Source: Elusimicrobiota bacterium (GTDB taxonomy: Bacteria > Elusimicrobiota > Elusimicrobia > UBA1565 > UBA9628). From it: a stretch of 64,000 nt of DNA. Where the stretch lies: assembly GCA_027371715.1 (NCBI GenBank), contig DAHXMM010000031.1:12477-76476 (forward strand), given 5' to 3'. Of this stretch, positions 35,688 to 45,543 are shown one piece after another (position 1 is the first letter of the stretch; each line of letters starts with the position of its first letter). The translations under genes were made by a program, and so were the position numbers. The notes beneath the pieces are model-generated. The model worked only from the letters and a program-made list of their open reading frames with translations, had not been told where the DNA came from and made no database searches.

Positions 35688-37173
35688 TCATTCTCAACAG
35701 TTCATTCTCTCTATTGATCAAGGAACGACGGGGACCACCGTCATTATCGTTGATTCCCGCGCGCGGCTTCTTTCCAGGGTGACGCATGAATTTAAGCAGA
35801 ATTTTCCAAAACCGGGCTGGGTGGAGCACAATCCGGACGATATTTGGGATTCCGTCTTAAAGGGAATCTCTAAGGCTCTCAAAGACGCAAAAATTTCCGC
35901 TTCCCAAATTGCGGGCATTGGAATCACCAATCAGCGAGAGACAACGCTTCTTTGGGATCGCAAAAGTGGGCGCGCGGTTTATCCGGCGATTGTTTGGCAA
36001 GACCGCAGAACCTCGCCCTTATGCGCTTCTCTCAAAAAAGCGGGTTGGGAAAAACTTTTCCACCAAAAGACCGGGCTATTTTTAGACCCCTATTTTTCCG
36101 GGACCAAAATACGCTGGGTTTTAGATCATGTTCCCGGCGTTTTAACGCGCGCCCAAAAAGGAGAAATCGCTTTTGGCACGATAGATTCTTTCCTTTTATG
36201 GAAGCTAACGGGAGGCAAAATTCATAAAACTGACGCGACGAACGCTTCCCGTACGCTTTTAATGGATATCAAGACCTTATCTTGGGATGAGCGGCTCTGT
36301 TCTATTTTAGGCGTTCCAATTAAAATTCTGCCTGAGATTTGCCCGAATGCGGGAGTTTTGGGGCGGACCCAAAAAGCGCCGCATATTCCAGATGGAATTC
36401 CGATTTCTGGAATGGCCGGAGATCAGCAAGCGGCGCTTTTCGGGCAAGGCGGAAATTCCCTGGGGGATGTCAAATGCACTTTTGGAACTGGGAGTTTTAT
36501 TTTGCTTCAAACGGGGGCGATCCCGGTTTTTAGCCGATCGGGAAATGTGACGACCTTGGCTTTTTATTGGAAGGGTCAGGCTAGTTACGCCCTTGAAGGC
36601 GGGGCTTTTATCTGCGGTGCGGCCGTTCAATGGTTACGGGACGGGCTTCAAATCATTCGTTCGGCCCCTGAAATCGAAAAGCTTGCGTCTTCCGTTTCAG
36701 ATAATGGAGGAGTTCAATTCGTGCCGGCGTTCGCGGGACTAGGAGCTCCTTATTGGAAGCCGGAGGCGCGAGGGCTTCTTTGCGGGTTGACCCGGGGGAC
36801 TGAGCAGGGGCATATTGCGCGGGCCGCTTTAGAGGGAATTGCGCTTCAAAACGTAGATATCTTGCGCGCGATGGGCAAGGATTTTAATCGTCCGATAAAA
36901 ATATTGCGAGTAGACGGCGGAGCTTCCGCCAATGATCTTTTGATGCAAATCCAGGCTGATTATTTGGGAGTTCGTCTTGAGCGCCCCAAGATGATTGAGA
37001 CCACCGCCCTGGGTGCGGCTTTCATGGCGGGACTCGGAGTGGGATTTTGGAAGAACCTCAAGGAGATTAAAAAAGTCTGGAAGAAGGAAAAAGAATTTAT
37101 TCCCGCCCTCAGCGCAGAAGAAAGAAAAGCGCGGATTGAGGCTTGGCATCAAGCGATTCGGCGGGCGCAATGA
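35674..37173 (+). CDS. glpK: Glycerol kinase
   Basis: FILSIDQGTTGT is followed by full-length FGGY kinase similarity. Confidence 0.92.
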   Translation: MGTVPHSQQFILSIDQGTTGTTVIIVDSRARLLSRVTHEFKQNFPKPGWVEHNPDDIWDSVLKGISKALKDAKISASQIAGIGITNQRETTLLWDRKSGRAVYPAIVWQDRRTSPLCASLKKAGWEKLFHQKTGLFLDPYFSGTKIRWVLDHVPGVLTRAQKGEIAFGTIDSFLLWKLTGGKIHKTDATNASRTLLMDIKTLSWDERLCSILGVPIKILPEICPNAGVLGRTQKAPHIPDGIPISGMAGDQQAALFGQGGNSLGDVKCTFGTGSFILLQTGAIPVFSRSGNVTTLAFYWKGQASYALEGGAFICGAAVQWLRDGLQIIRSAPEIEKLASSVSDNGGVQFVPAFAGLGAPYWKPEARGLLCGLTRGTEQGHIARAALEGIALQNVDILRAMGKDFNRPIKILRVDGGASANDLLMQIQADYLGVRLERPKMIETTALGAAFMAGLGVGFWKNLKEIKKVWKKEKEFIPALSAEERKARIEAWHQAIRRAQ

Positions 37174-37940
37174 GAGACAAGAAAAAGAAACTGTCCCTGT
37201 TAATTACGCGCCCGGAAGAAAAATTATCCCATTTTCCTCAAAAACTCAGAGACTTGGGATTTTCTCCGGTGATTCTTCCCTTGACTCAAATTGTGCCGCC
37301 CAAATCTTTTCGCTTGATGGATGAGGCTCTTAAAAAATGGGATAGTTTCGATTTTGTTATTTTCACCAGTTCCCTTGCGGTTAGATTTTTTTTAGAGAGG
37401 GCTCAATCCCTTAAGATTCGGCTGCATCAACCTCGAATTCTTTACGCCATTGGGGCGCAAACCGCAAAAACGCTCAAAACGGCGGGATTTCGGAAAATTA
37501 AACTTCCTATAGAATCCCGCGCCGAAGGGCTTTTGCGTGAACTCAGACATGTGAGCGGAAATAAAATCTTGATTCCGCGGGCGAAAGAGGCGCGAGAAAT
37601 TCTTCCCCAGACGCTTAAGAAGCGCGGGGCCCAGGTTTATGTTCCCGTGGTCTATCAGGTTTGGCCGCATAAAAAATCTTTGTCGAAACTTAAGAGAATG
37701 TCGAGAAAAAATTTTGACGCCGTTATTTTTAGCTCGGGACGAGCGGTTAAAGAATTTATAAAGGCGTATGGCCTTTTAAAATCCAGAAGATTGTTTTTAG
37801 AAATTCCGGCCATTTGTATCGGCGGGGTGACCCTTGAGGAGCTTAAGTCTTACGGAATCAACGGTTTTCGGTCCCGGACCCCGGATGATGAAGGGCTGAT
37901 CAAAATCATTCAAAAAGTATTAAGTCAAGGGAGAAGGTGA
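37170..37940 (+). CDS. hemD: Uroporphyrinogen-III synthase
   Basis: The HemD-like pattern is LLITRPEEK ... IFTSSLAV ... IFSSGRAV. The ATG overlaps the glpK TGA. Confidence 0.7.
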   Translation: MRDKKKKLSLLITRPEEKLSHFPQKLRDLGFSPVILPLTQIVPPKSFRLMDEALKKWDSFDFVIFTSSLAVRFFLERAQSLKIRLHQPRILYAIGAQTAKTLKTAGFRKIKLPIESRAEGLLRELRHVSGNKILIPRAKEAREILPQTLKKRGAQVYVPVVYQVWPHKKSLSKLKRMSRKNFDAVIFSSGRAVKEFIKAYGLLKSRRLFLEIPAICIGGVTLEELKSYGINGFRSRTPDDEGLIKIIQKVLSQGRR

Positions 37941-38779
37941 TGGAAATCTCAACAAAAGAAAAGGCGCAATTTCGCGAAATTCTGCTTAAAGCGTTATTGG
38001 CCGGAGCAAAGGTTCTGAAAAAGAAATTTCTTAAGGTCGCCTTTCAGTATAAAGGGCGCGCCAATTTAGTCACGGAGGCGGATTTTCTCAGCCAAAAAGC
38101 CGTTTTAGCGGTGATTGGCCGCTTAGCGCCTTTGCATGACTATCAGGCGGAAGAAAACGCCGTTCGAAATACCGGTTCTCCTTTTCGCTGGGTCATTGAT
38201 CCCTTGGACGGAACGACTAATTACGCCCACGGTTATCCCGCTTCTTGCGTTTCGATTGTCCTCTTGTTTCAGGAAGAACCATTGCTGGGCGGAATTATTG
38301 ATCCTTTTCGGGAAGAATGTTTTATCGCCGAAAAAGGAAAGGGTGCTTTTCTTAACGGAAAAAGAATTTTCGTTTCGAAGACCAAATCGCTCAAAGAATC
38401 TCTCTTGATTACGGGCTTTGCCTATGATCGTCACCGGCATTCTCATTTTTACGTGGAACGCCTAAGGCGTTTTCTTCTCGCCTCTCATGATATTCGCCGC
38501 AGCGGCAGCGCCGCCCTTGATTTGGCTTGGATTGCTTGCGGGCGAGCGGACGGCTTTTGGGAATTTCGCTTAAACCCTTGGGATGTGGCGGCGGGATGGC
38601 TTTTGGTGGAAGAAGCCGGAGGAAAAGTCACTGATTTTAGCGGGAAGCGCTGGTTAAGTCCCAACGTGTTTGGCCCTCAGACCTTGGCTACGAACGGACG
38701 CATTCATTCCGAGATGCTTTCTTTTTTTAGAGGACTTCGCTTTCCCAGGGACCTGGTTTTAAAGGCCGCGGGCTTTTAA
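37940..38779 (+). CDS. suhB: Inositol monophosphatase family protein
   Basis: The motifs are EADFLSQ, WVIDPLDGTTNY and WDVAAG. Confidence 0.85.
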   Translation: MEISTKEKAQFREILLKALLAGAKVLKKKFLKVAFQYKGRANLVTEADFLSQKAVLAVIGRLAPLHDYQAEENAVRNTGSPFRWVIDPLDGTTNYAHGYPASCVSIVLLFQEEPLLGGIIDPFREECFIAEKGKGAFLNGKRIFVSKTKSLKESLLITGFAYDRHRHSHFYVERLRRFLLASHDIRRSGSAALDLAWIACGRADGFWEFRLNPWDVAAGWLLVEEAGGKVTDFSGKRWLSPNVFGPQTLATNGRIHSEMLSFFRGLRFPRDLVLKAAGF

Positions 38780-39739
38780 ATCGTGAACCTGGATGAGGCC
38801 CACCGGACGACCGCCTTCCACAACCGGAAGAACGTTAAAAGGGTTGCGTCTATTTTCCATGACGGCGATCGCTTTAAAGATGGAACTCTCCGGCGTAATA
38901 AAAGTCGGCTTGGGGTTCATAATTTTTTTAACCGGCAAATCGAGGATGTTTTTTTTCTTCTCAAGGGCGACGCGGATGTCGTAATCGGTAATCAGCCCGA
39001 CAAAACGCCCGTGACGGTCTTTCACTGAAGCCGCACCGGCTTGAAGACGCGTAATTTCAACCAAGGCGTGGCGAAGGGGCCATTCCGCATCAACCACGGG
39101 GTTCATTTCTCCCGAGCGCATGACGTCTCTGACGAGTCCGTGAAGTCTTTTGCCAATTCGTCCGGACGGATGGTTTTGGGCGAAATTTTTTGGGCCGAAT
39201 TTGCGCGCCTTCATCAAGGCGACGGCCAAGGCGTCTCCGACCGCTAAGGCCGCGGTCGTGGATGCGGTCGGCGCCAGATTAAGAGGGCAGGCTTCTTCTT
39301 GAATGGGAGTGATAATGGCGGCTTTTGAGTTTTTAGCGAGCGTGGAAGAGGCGTTAGCGGTAATGGCGATGATAGAGACTCCAATAGATTTCAGCGCCGG
39401 AAAAAGCTCGTTTAATTCTTCCGATTCTCCCGATTTTCCCAAGCAGATGATGAGGTCTTGTTTTTGGATAAAACCAATTCCGCCGTGTTTGGCTTCGGTG
39501 GGATCGAGAAACATCGCCGGGGTGCCGGTGGAAGAGAAGGTCGCCGCTATTTTCTGCGCGATGAGGCCGGATTTTCCGACGCCCATGAAAATGACTTTTC
39601 CCTTACAGTTAATAAGAAGAGACAAAGCCTTGAAGTATTCCGGGCCCACGGATTTTCTAGCTCTTAAAATCGCGTCAGCTTCGATTTTAAGCGTGCGCTC
39701 GATTTCTTTTTTCGCCTCGCGCTCGGATATTTTCCTCAC
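38759..39739 (-). CDS. kdsD: Arabinose-5-phosphate isomerase (KpsF/GutQ/KdsD; SIS domain plus CBS pair)
   Basis: The SIS motif is GVGKSGLIAQKIAATFSSTGTPA, with two C-terminal CBS repeats. The start is a GTG at 39739. Confidence 0.85.
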   Translation of the reverse strand: MRKISEREAKKEIERTLKIEADAILRARKSVGPEYFKALSLLINCKGKVIFMGVGKSGLIAQKIAATFSSTGTPAMFLDPTEAKHGGIGFIQKQDLIICLGKSGESEELNELFPALKSIGVSIIAITANASSTLAKNSKAAIITPIQEEACPLNLAPTASTTAALAVGDALAVALMKARKFGPKNFAQNHPSGRIGKRLHGLVRDVMRSGEMNPVVDAEWPLRHALVEITRLQAGAASVKDRHGRFVGLITDYDIRVALEKKKNILDLPVKKIMNPKPTFITPESSIFKAIAVMENRRNPFNVLPVVEGGRPVGLIQVHDLKARGL

Positions 39740-39745
39740 CCGCTC

Positions 39746-39751
39746 ATTTTA
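39746..39751 (-). promoter_or_regulatory. Candidate extended -10 (TGcTAAAAT), 6 nt upstream of the kdsD GTG
   Basis: The reverse complement reads TGCTAAAATgagcggGTG. Confidence 0.4.
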
Positions 39752-39810
39752 GCAATTTGAGAAAGGCTGTATTGAGACTCAAGGCCTAATATCATAAACT
39801 AATCGTTATC

Positions 39811-40989
39811 ATGCCCGATATTTTTCCATTTCAGGGATTTCATTTTAGTACCCGAAAAATTTCCTTGAGCGCGGTTTTGTGTCCGCCCTATGACGCTATC
39901 GGCCCGCGGGAAGAAAAAGTTTTGCGCGCTAAAAAATTTAATTCTATCCACTTAGACTTGTCGGCGGGAGTCAAGAAAGATGGATACCGGGAAGCGGCCA
40001 AATTGTGGGATTTGTGGAGAAAAACCGGAGTTGTTACCCAAGACGACTCTTCCGCCATTTATATTTTAGAGGAGCGTTTTCGCTACGGAAAGAGAAATTT
40101 CCGCCGGATGGGTTTTTTGGCTCTTGTCAGTTTGAGTTCAAAAAACCTTTCTAAGATCATTCCGCATGAACAAACTCTTCCCATTCCCCGAGCCGATCGC
40201 TTGAAGGTTCTTGAGAGGGTCAAGGCCCATCTAAGTCCCATTTTTACCGTTTATCCAGACCCAAAGGGGCGCATCGAAAACATGGTCCGGGGTTTTGTCA
40301 AAAAAAGAGAATTCAAAAGAGGGCGGCTTCAGGTTCTTCCCCATACCGATTGTCGTTTGTGGAGGATTAGCGATTCTCTTCAAATCGCGGAAATCCAGCA
40401 AGCGTTAAAAAAATTGCCGCTCTTTGTCGCGGACGGCCATCATCGCCTCGGCGCGGCTTGCGATTATTTTAAGAAAAATGGAAACCCTGAATCGGGAAAA
40501 ATTCTCGCTTACCTTTGCGCCGAAGATGACCCCGGGCTTTTGGTCCTTCCTACGCATCGCGTCTTGCCTCAAAAAATTTTAGACCAAGTCAAAATTTCCT
40601 GCGAACTGAAAAAAGAAAAGAACGTGCCTTCTCTTGAAAGAGCTCTTAAGAAAGAAATTAATCCTTATGCCTTTGGGATTTATGAGAAGGGGCGTTTCTT
40701 CTTGGCCTTGCCCAAAAACCAAAAAGGCTGTAAAAGCCGCTTAACCCTTGAGTGGCTCAATCGCAATATTCTTTCCAAAGTTTCTCCCCAGGATTTGCGC
40801 TATACGTATGACGCTCATGAGGCCCAAAAAACGGCGGACTCTTTAGAAGGAACGGCGATTTTAGTTAAAGCGTTTTCCGTTTCCGAGGTCAGAAAGGCCG
40901 CTCAGGCCCTGGGGCTTTTGCCTCCTAAATCGACTTATTTTTATCCCAAGGTCTCAAGCGGGTTCGTGTTTCATGCCTTTGAAAATTAG
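39811..40989 (+). CDS. DUF1015 family protein
   Basis: The N-terminus is IFPFQGFHF...LCPPYDAI, followed by ADGHHR. Confidence 0.7.
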   Translation: MPDIFPFQGFHFSTRKISLSAVLCPPYDAIGPREEKVLRAKKFNSIHLDLSAGVKKDGYREAAKLWDLWRKTGVVTQDDSSAIYILEERFRYGKRNFRRMGFLALVSLSSKNLSKIIPHEQTLPIPRADRLKVLERVKAHLSPIFTVYPDPKGRIENMVRGFVKKREFKRGRLQVLPHTDCRLWRISDSLQIAEIQQALKKLPLFVADGHHRLGAACDYFKKNGNPESGKILAYLCAEDDPGLLVLPTHRVLPQKILDQVKISCELKKEKNVPSLERALKKEINPYAFGIYEKGRFFLALPKNQKGCKSRLTLEWLNRNILSKVSPQDLRYTYDAHEAQKTADSLEGTAILVKAFSVSEVRKAAQALGLLPPKSTYFYPKVSSGFVFHAFEN

Positions 40990-41004
40990 AAATTAGATTA
41001 ATAG

Positions 41005-41010
41005 TAAAAT
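41005..41010 (+). promoter_or_regulatory. Candidate -10 TAAAAT, 6 nt upstream of the amidase ATG
   Basis: The sequence is agTAAAATaaagccATG. Confidence 0.4.
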
Positions 41011-41016
41011 AAAGCC

Positions 41017-42894
41017 ATGGCATTTTTGCTGTTTTTATTCTTGTCGCCGCCGGCGTTCGCCCAACCCGGCGTTTCTCTGCGGCAGTCGACGGCCCCGATC
41101 ATGATCGTTTTTCCGCATGAAAACGATTCTTTCGCCTTTACTTCCCATCAGTTCGTCTTGGGTTCCGTCTCGAACCCGAAGGGCCGTTTTGAGATTAACG
41201 GATCGAGCGTTTCGGTTTATAAAACGGGGGCTTTTATCGCCTGGCTTCCGGTTAAAACCGGGACCTTTACTTTTCATGCGGCCTTGAGCGTCGGAAATAC
41301 CGGTTACGCTTACGACCGCGATATCGTCATTCAACCGCCGCCCATGCCGATGCCGAAACGCCCCATCGCCATCGATGCCGCAAGCATTGTTCCAGCATCG
41401 AATGAGTCTTTACTCGCGGGAGATGTTTTGCGCGTCGCATTTCAGGGGAGCCCCGGCGGGAAGGCGTGGTTTAAAATTCCGCATCATTCATGGGTGAAGA
41501 TGCTGGAATACGACCCGTCCCTCGGCCTCTATCAGGGTTTTTACCGGGTTTTAGAAAAAGATTCTCTTAAGCCTTCTTCTATTGAACTTTATTTGAGCGG
41601 CCGAAAAATTTACACCAAGGCAAAGGTTTCTTTTGATCGGGGAATAGCGAGAGCGGCGCTCGTGAAAGGGCAATATCCCGTGATGATGAAGTCTTTGCCG
41701 GATGCGGGAGAAATGTTTACCCTTTTGCCCGGGACGAGAGTCAGAGCGGGAAAATCCATCGGCCCGTGGACCTATGTTCCGCTCGGCTGGGATCAGGCCG
41801 GATGGGTTGAAACTCGTCATCTCGATTTGTTGCCGGTCAATTCTTCCCTTCCGTCCGCGGAAACGGGGAGCGTCATCGTCAAAAATTCCACGGGCGGAGC
41901 GAAAGCGATTCTTGTCATGTCCGAGCGGGTTCCCTTTGAGATGGAAGAGTCCGCGGATTTAACGCGCTTGAAAGTCCTGGTCTATTACGCGCATATCCAT
42001 ACCAATTGGATTGTCTATCAGGATGATTCGTTTGTTCGTCAAGCCCGTATTTGGCAGCGCGCCAAGAATGTGGTGGAACTTACTCTTGATTTAAGGCATG
42101 GGAAACATTTATGGGGATACCACGCTTCTTTTGAAGGGAATTCTCTCTTGATTGAAATGAGACGGCCTCCATTGATTACCTCTTCCAACTCTCTTAAAGG
42201 GCGCACGATTTTTTTGGATCCGGGGCACATGCCGTCGGCTCCCGGGGCGATTGGAGGCCTGGGAACTCAGGAAATGGAAGTGAACCTCGCCATTGCCCAG
42301 TGCGCCGCGAAGATTTTGGAAAAAAACGGGGCGAAAGTCATTTTAAGCCATCAGACTGATACGGAAGAGGTAGGGCTTGCCGAACGCCCAAAACTGGCGT
42401 GGGAAAGCCGGGCGGATGTTTTTGTCAGCATTCACAATAATACTCTTTCGCCAGGAGAAAATCCGTTCAAATCGGAACACGGATTTTCAATTTTTTATTA
42501 CCTTCCCCAAAGCTTGAGTTTGGCTCGCGCGGTTGAAAAGGAATATCAGAAACTTGTCCCCCTTCCCGATGAGGGAACTCGCTATGGAAATTATTTGGTC
42601 TTGAGAATGACGGAAATGCCGGCCATTTTGACGGAATCGGCTTATTTAAGCGATCCCGCGCAAGAAGCGGAGCTTTTGACGCCTTCTTTTCAAAATAAAA
42701 TTGCGAACGCAATTGTTGACGGCATAAGGTCTTTCTTTAACCGCTTAAGGTTAACGCCTTCGCGTAAAAATGCGGCTGTAGCCGCGGCTCCGGTCTTTCA
42801 TCCCAAGCGGAAAGTAAAAGTCTCTTTTAGACACAAACGAAAAAAGAGCAAAACCCTTAGAAAGAGGAGCAAACTTCATGCAAGAAAGTCATGA
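41017..42894 (+). CDS. N-acetylmuramoyl-L-alanine amidase (Amidase_3) with a large N-terminal domain and a basic tail
   Basis: The motifs are IFLDPGHMP, VFVSIHNN and ILTESAYLSDP. Confidence 0.8.
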   Translation: MAFLLFLFLSPPAFAQPGVSLRQSTAPIMIVFPHENDSFAFTSHQFVLGSVSNPKGRFEINGSSVSVYKTGAFIAWLPVKTGTFTFHAALSVGNTGYAYDRDIVIQPPPMPMPKRPIAIDAASIVPASNESLLAGDVLRVAFQGSPGGKAWFKIPHHSWVKMLEYDPSLGLYQGFYRVLEKDSLKPSSIELYLSGRKIYTKAKVSFDRGIARAALVKGQYPVMMKSLPDAGEMFTLLPGTRVRAGKSIGPWTYVPLGWDQAGWVETRHLDLLPVNSSLPSAETGSVIVKNSTGGAKAILVMSERVPFEMEESADLTRLKVLVYYAHIHTNWIVYQDDSFVRQARIWQRAKNVVELTLDLRHGKHLWGYHASFEGNSLLIEMRRPPLITSSNSLKGRTIFLDPGHMPSAPGAIGGLGTQEMEVNLAIAQCAAKILEKNGAKVILSHQTDTEEVGLAERPKLAWESRADVFVSIHNNTLSPGENPFKSEHGFSIFYYLPQSLSLARAVEKEYQKLVPLPDEGTRYGNYLVLRMTEMPAILTESAYLSDPAQEAELLTPSFQNKIANAIVDGIRSFFNRLRLTPSRKNAAVAAAPVFHPKRKVKVSFRHKRKKSKTLRKRSKLHARKS

Positions 42895-43243
42895 GTCCAG
42901 GCTTTTGGCGGCCATTCTCGAAAATTTAACGGGCGGATTCATCGCAATTGATGAGACCAGGCGCATTATGATTTTAAATCCGGCGGCCCGCCGTATTTTA
43001 GATCTTCCGGAAGGGTTAAATTTGGATTTGCCGGTGGATCAGGTTTTAATCGGCGCGCCTGATTTTGCCAAAATTTTATTGGATACCTTGGCGACGCGCA
43101 ATCCGATTAAGAGAAGCGAGATAAGTTGGCTTCACGGAAATCGCCGTCGCTTGATTGGATATGGGACCATGGTGTTGCGGGATGCACTGTCTCGTTTGAT
43201 GGGAGTCGCGATCACTTTTCAGGATATTACGCCGGCAAGATAG
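42878..43243 (+). CDS. Stand-alone PAS-domain protein
   Basis: The protein is 121 aa with a PAS-like fold pattern (LENLTGGFIAIDETRRIMILNPAARRIL). Confidence 0.55.
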   Translation: MQESHESRLLAAILENLTGGFIAIDETRRIMILNPAARRILDLPEGLNLDLPVDQVLIGAPDFAKILLDTLATRNPIKRSEISWLHGNRRRLIGYGTMVLRDALSRLMGVAITFQDITPAR

Positions 43244-43252
43244 GAGGCTCGG

Positions 43253-43780
43253 ATGAAATTAGGAGATAAAGCCGTAGATTTTTCGCTTAAAGGAATAGAT
43301 GGAAAAAATTACTCTTTATCTTCTTTTTCCGAGGCCAAGGCCTTGGTCGTTATTTTTTCCTGCAATCATTGCCCTTATGTCAAGGCGTATGAGGACCGCA
43401 TGATTGAAATTCAGCGGGACTATCAGAATAAAAAAGTTCAACTTATCGCCATCAATTCTAACGATTCCTTCGGTTACCCGGAAGATTCATTTGAGGAAAT
43501 GGTCAAGCGCGCCCAGGAAAAACGGTTTAATTTTCCCTATCTGCATGACAGGGAACAAATAACCGCCAGGGCCTATCAGGCGACTCATACTCCGCATCTT
43601 TTCGTTTTCGATTCCGGCAGACGCCTGGCCTATACTGGAAAAATCGACGACAATTGGGAAAATCCCTCCTTGGTTCAAAAACGATACCTGAAGGACGCGC
43701 TGGACGATTTGTTGGCGGATAAGCCTGTTCGCTTGCCGGAAACCCACGCCATTGGATGCACGATCAAATGGAAAAAATAA
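43253..43780 (+). CDS. Thioredoxin-fold (redoxin/AhpC-TSA-like) protein
   Basis: The CxxC motif is FSCNHCPYV, within a redoxin-length protein. Confidence 0.75.
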   Translation: MKLGDKAVDFSLKGIDGKNYSLSSFSEAKALVVIFSCNHCPYVKAYEDRMIEIQRDYQNKKVQLIAINSNDSFGYPEDSFEEMVKRAQEKRFNFPYLHDREQITARAYQATHTPHLFVFDSGRRLAYTGKIDDNWENPSLVQKRYLKDALDDLLADKPVRLPETHAIGCTIKWKK

Positions 43781-45081
43781 TTGTCTCTTTTTTTCTTCTT
43801 GTCTCGCCTTCTTGGAGCGCGGTTCGGAAGGCTCAGGACTTAAAATTCTTTTTTGAAAAGTATCACGTTAAAAATGAAATTGTCAAAAGCCCGCGCGGGA
43901 TTTTAAAACACGAGTATATCGTTCCCTACGGCCCGTATTTCCAACTTTTCGACTGGGATATGTATTTTATGTCGGTGGCTCTTAGTTATGATCACGTGTC
44001 CCGCCCGGTAATCGGTTCGGTCAAGGATTTTTTATCTTTTGTGGATGAGTTTGCCAACTGGACGGGTTACGCGCCCCGGGAAATTGCGCCGGAAGCCTTA
44101 TGGGCTCTTCCCGAAATGTGTAAGCCGTTCATGGCTCAGGCGGCTGTTCGCGCTTCTTTGGAATCAGGAGATTTTAGTTGGCTGAAAGATTCCGATACTC
44201 CGCCTTCCTCAAACCCGCGTTACCGGAAACTTCAAATTTTTGAACGTCCGGATGCGGCCCCCAGGCGTTCCTATTACCATAAGCTCAAGGACATGCTTTC
44301 TTTTTGGGAGAATAATCGGCGGGCTCCGGACGGGCTTTTTGTTTGGTATAACGGAGTAGAAAGCGGTATTGACAATAACCCCGCGGTCTCCAATCATCCC
44401 AGTCAAATCACCGAGGGCGTGGATTTGCAGTGTTATATTTACCGCGAGTATCTGGCGATGGCGTTTCTGGCCGGAAAGCTCAAGCTTCCCAATGACGTTT
44501 CTCTTTACCTTTCCAAGGCCGCTGCGCTTAAAGAACTCATTCGCAAACGAATGTGGTCTGAGAAAGACGCAAGTTATTGGAACATCGACTCTCGGACGGG
44601 GAAAATGGTCAAGATTAAGACCTGGACCAATTTTATTCCCCTCTGGACAAAAATCGCGACCGCCACACAGGCGCAAGAAATGATTCAAAAACATCTGCTT
44701 AATCCGGCCGAGTTTTGGTCTCCCAACGGCATTCGGAGTTTGTCTAAGACCGAAGTCCTCTATGATCCGCGTGCGGGATATTGGCGAGGACCGGTCTGGG
44801 TTCTTTCTAATTATTTGATGATGCACGGCCTTTTAAACTACGGCTATAAAAAAGAGGCTCTTGATTTGGCTAAAGAAACACAGTCTTTGCTGATTCGAGA
44901 TTTTAAAAACAGCGGGGGGATGAATGAAAATTATAATCCCGAAACCGGAGGGCCGACTGCGGGCGGGCACTTTGTCAGCTGGAATTTACTCGCCGAACAC
45001 ATGAAAGAAGAAGCTTTATCGGGGTTTGACCCCGCTTTTATCCCGACAGTCAAAAGCCCCTCGCCGCTGTCTCGTCCGTGA
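43768..45081 (+). CDS. Secreted (alpha/alpha)6 glycoside hydrolase, GH63/GH37 (MGH1/trehalase-like)
   Basis: The motifs are FDWDMYFMS, WRGPVWVLSNYLMMHGLLNYGY and NYNPETGGPTAGGHFVSWN. The signal peptide runs from the ATG at 43768. Confidence 0.65.
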   Translation: MEKIIVSFFLLVSPSWSAVRKAQDLKFFFEKYHVKNEIVKSPRGILKHEYIVPYGPYFQLFDWDMYFMSVALSYDHVSRPVIGSVKDFLSFVDEFANWTGYAPREIAPEALWALPEMCKPFMAQAAVRASLESGDFSWLKDSDTPPSSNPRYRKLQIFERPDAAPRRSYYHKLKDMLSFWENNRRAPDGLFVWYNGVESGIDNNPAVSNHPSQITEGVDLQCYIYREYLAMAFLAGKLKLPNDVSLYLSKAAALKELIRKRMWSEKDASYWNIDSRTGKMVKIKTWTNFIPLWTKIATATQAQEMIQKHLLNPAEFWSPNGIRSLSKTEVLYDPRAGYWRGPVWVLSNYLMMHGLLNYGYKKEALDLAKETQSLLIRDFKNSGGMNENYNPETGGPTAGGHFVSWNLLAEHMKEEALSGFDPAFIPTVKSPSPLSRP

Positions 45082-45500
45082 AAAAGAAAATCGTCAAGGC
45101 CAAGGACTTCGCGCGCCGCCATGAGAAAAAAATTCGCTATTTATTTGTGGGGGCTTGGAACACTTTTTTTGGGTATGTTTGTTTTGTCTCTCTTTACCAC
45201 GCGGGAGATTGGATGCGTCGTCATTACTTGGTCGCTCTTCTCATCAGCCAATTCTTAGGGATTGCCAACGCCTATTTAGGCTACAAGCATTTCGTTTTTA
45301 AAACTAAGGGGGGGTATCTTCGAGAGTATATCCGTTTTTCCGGAGTTTATTGGGTTATTTTTATTTTCAATTTTTTTGCCTTGCCCCTTTTGGTTCACAA
45401 AACTTCCCTGAGCCCGGTTTTGGCTCAAGCTGTTTTGCTTCCGATTACCGTCATCCTCAGCTACGTGGTTCATAATCGCTTTTCCTTTAAGACGAGTTAA
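45078..45500 (+). CDS. GtrA-family membrane protein
   Basis: The protein has four TM helices and FVGAWNTFFGY, and ends HNRFSF. Confidence 0.7.
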   Translation: MKKKIVKAKDFARRHEKKIRYLFVGAWNTFFGYVCFVSLYHAGDWMRRHYLVALLISQFLGIANAYLGYKHFVFKTKGGYLREYIRFSGVYWVIFIFNFFALPLLVHKTSLSPVLAQAVLLPITVILSYVVHNRFSFKTS

Positions 45501-45530
45501 TTTATTTCGTCACGAACCCCTAGGGTATAG

Positions 45531-45536
45531 TATAAT
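45531..45536 (+). promoter_or_regulatory. Candidate -10 TATAAT, 7 nt upstream of ATG 45544
   Basis: The sequence is tagTATAATgtctctcATG. Confidence 0.45.
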
Positions 45537-45543
45537 GTCTCTC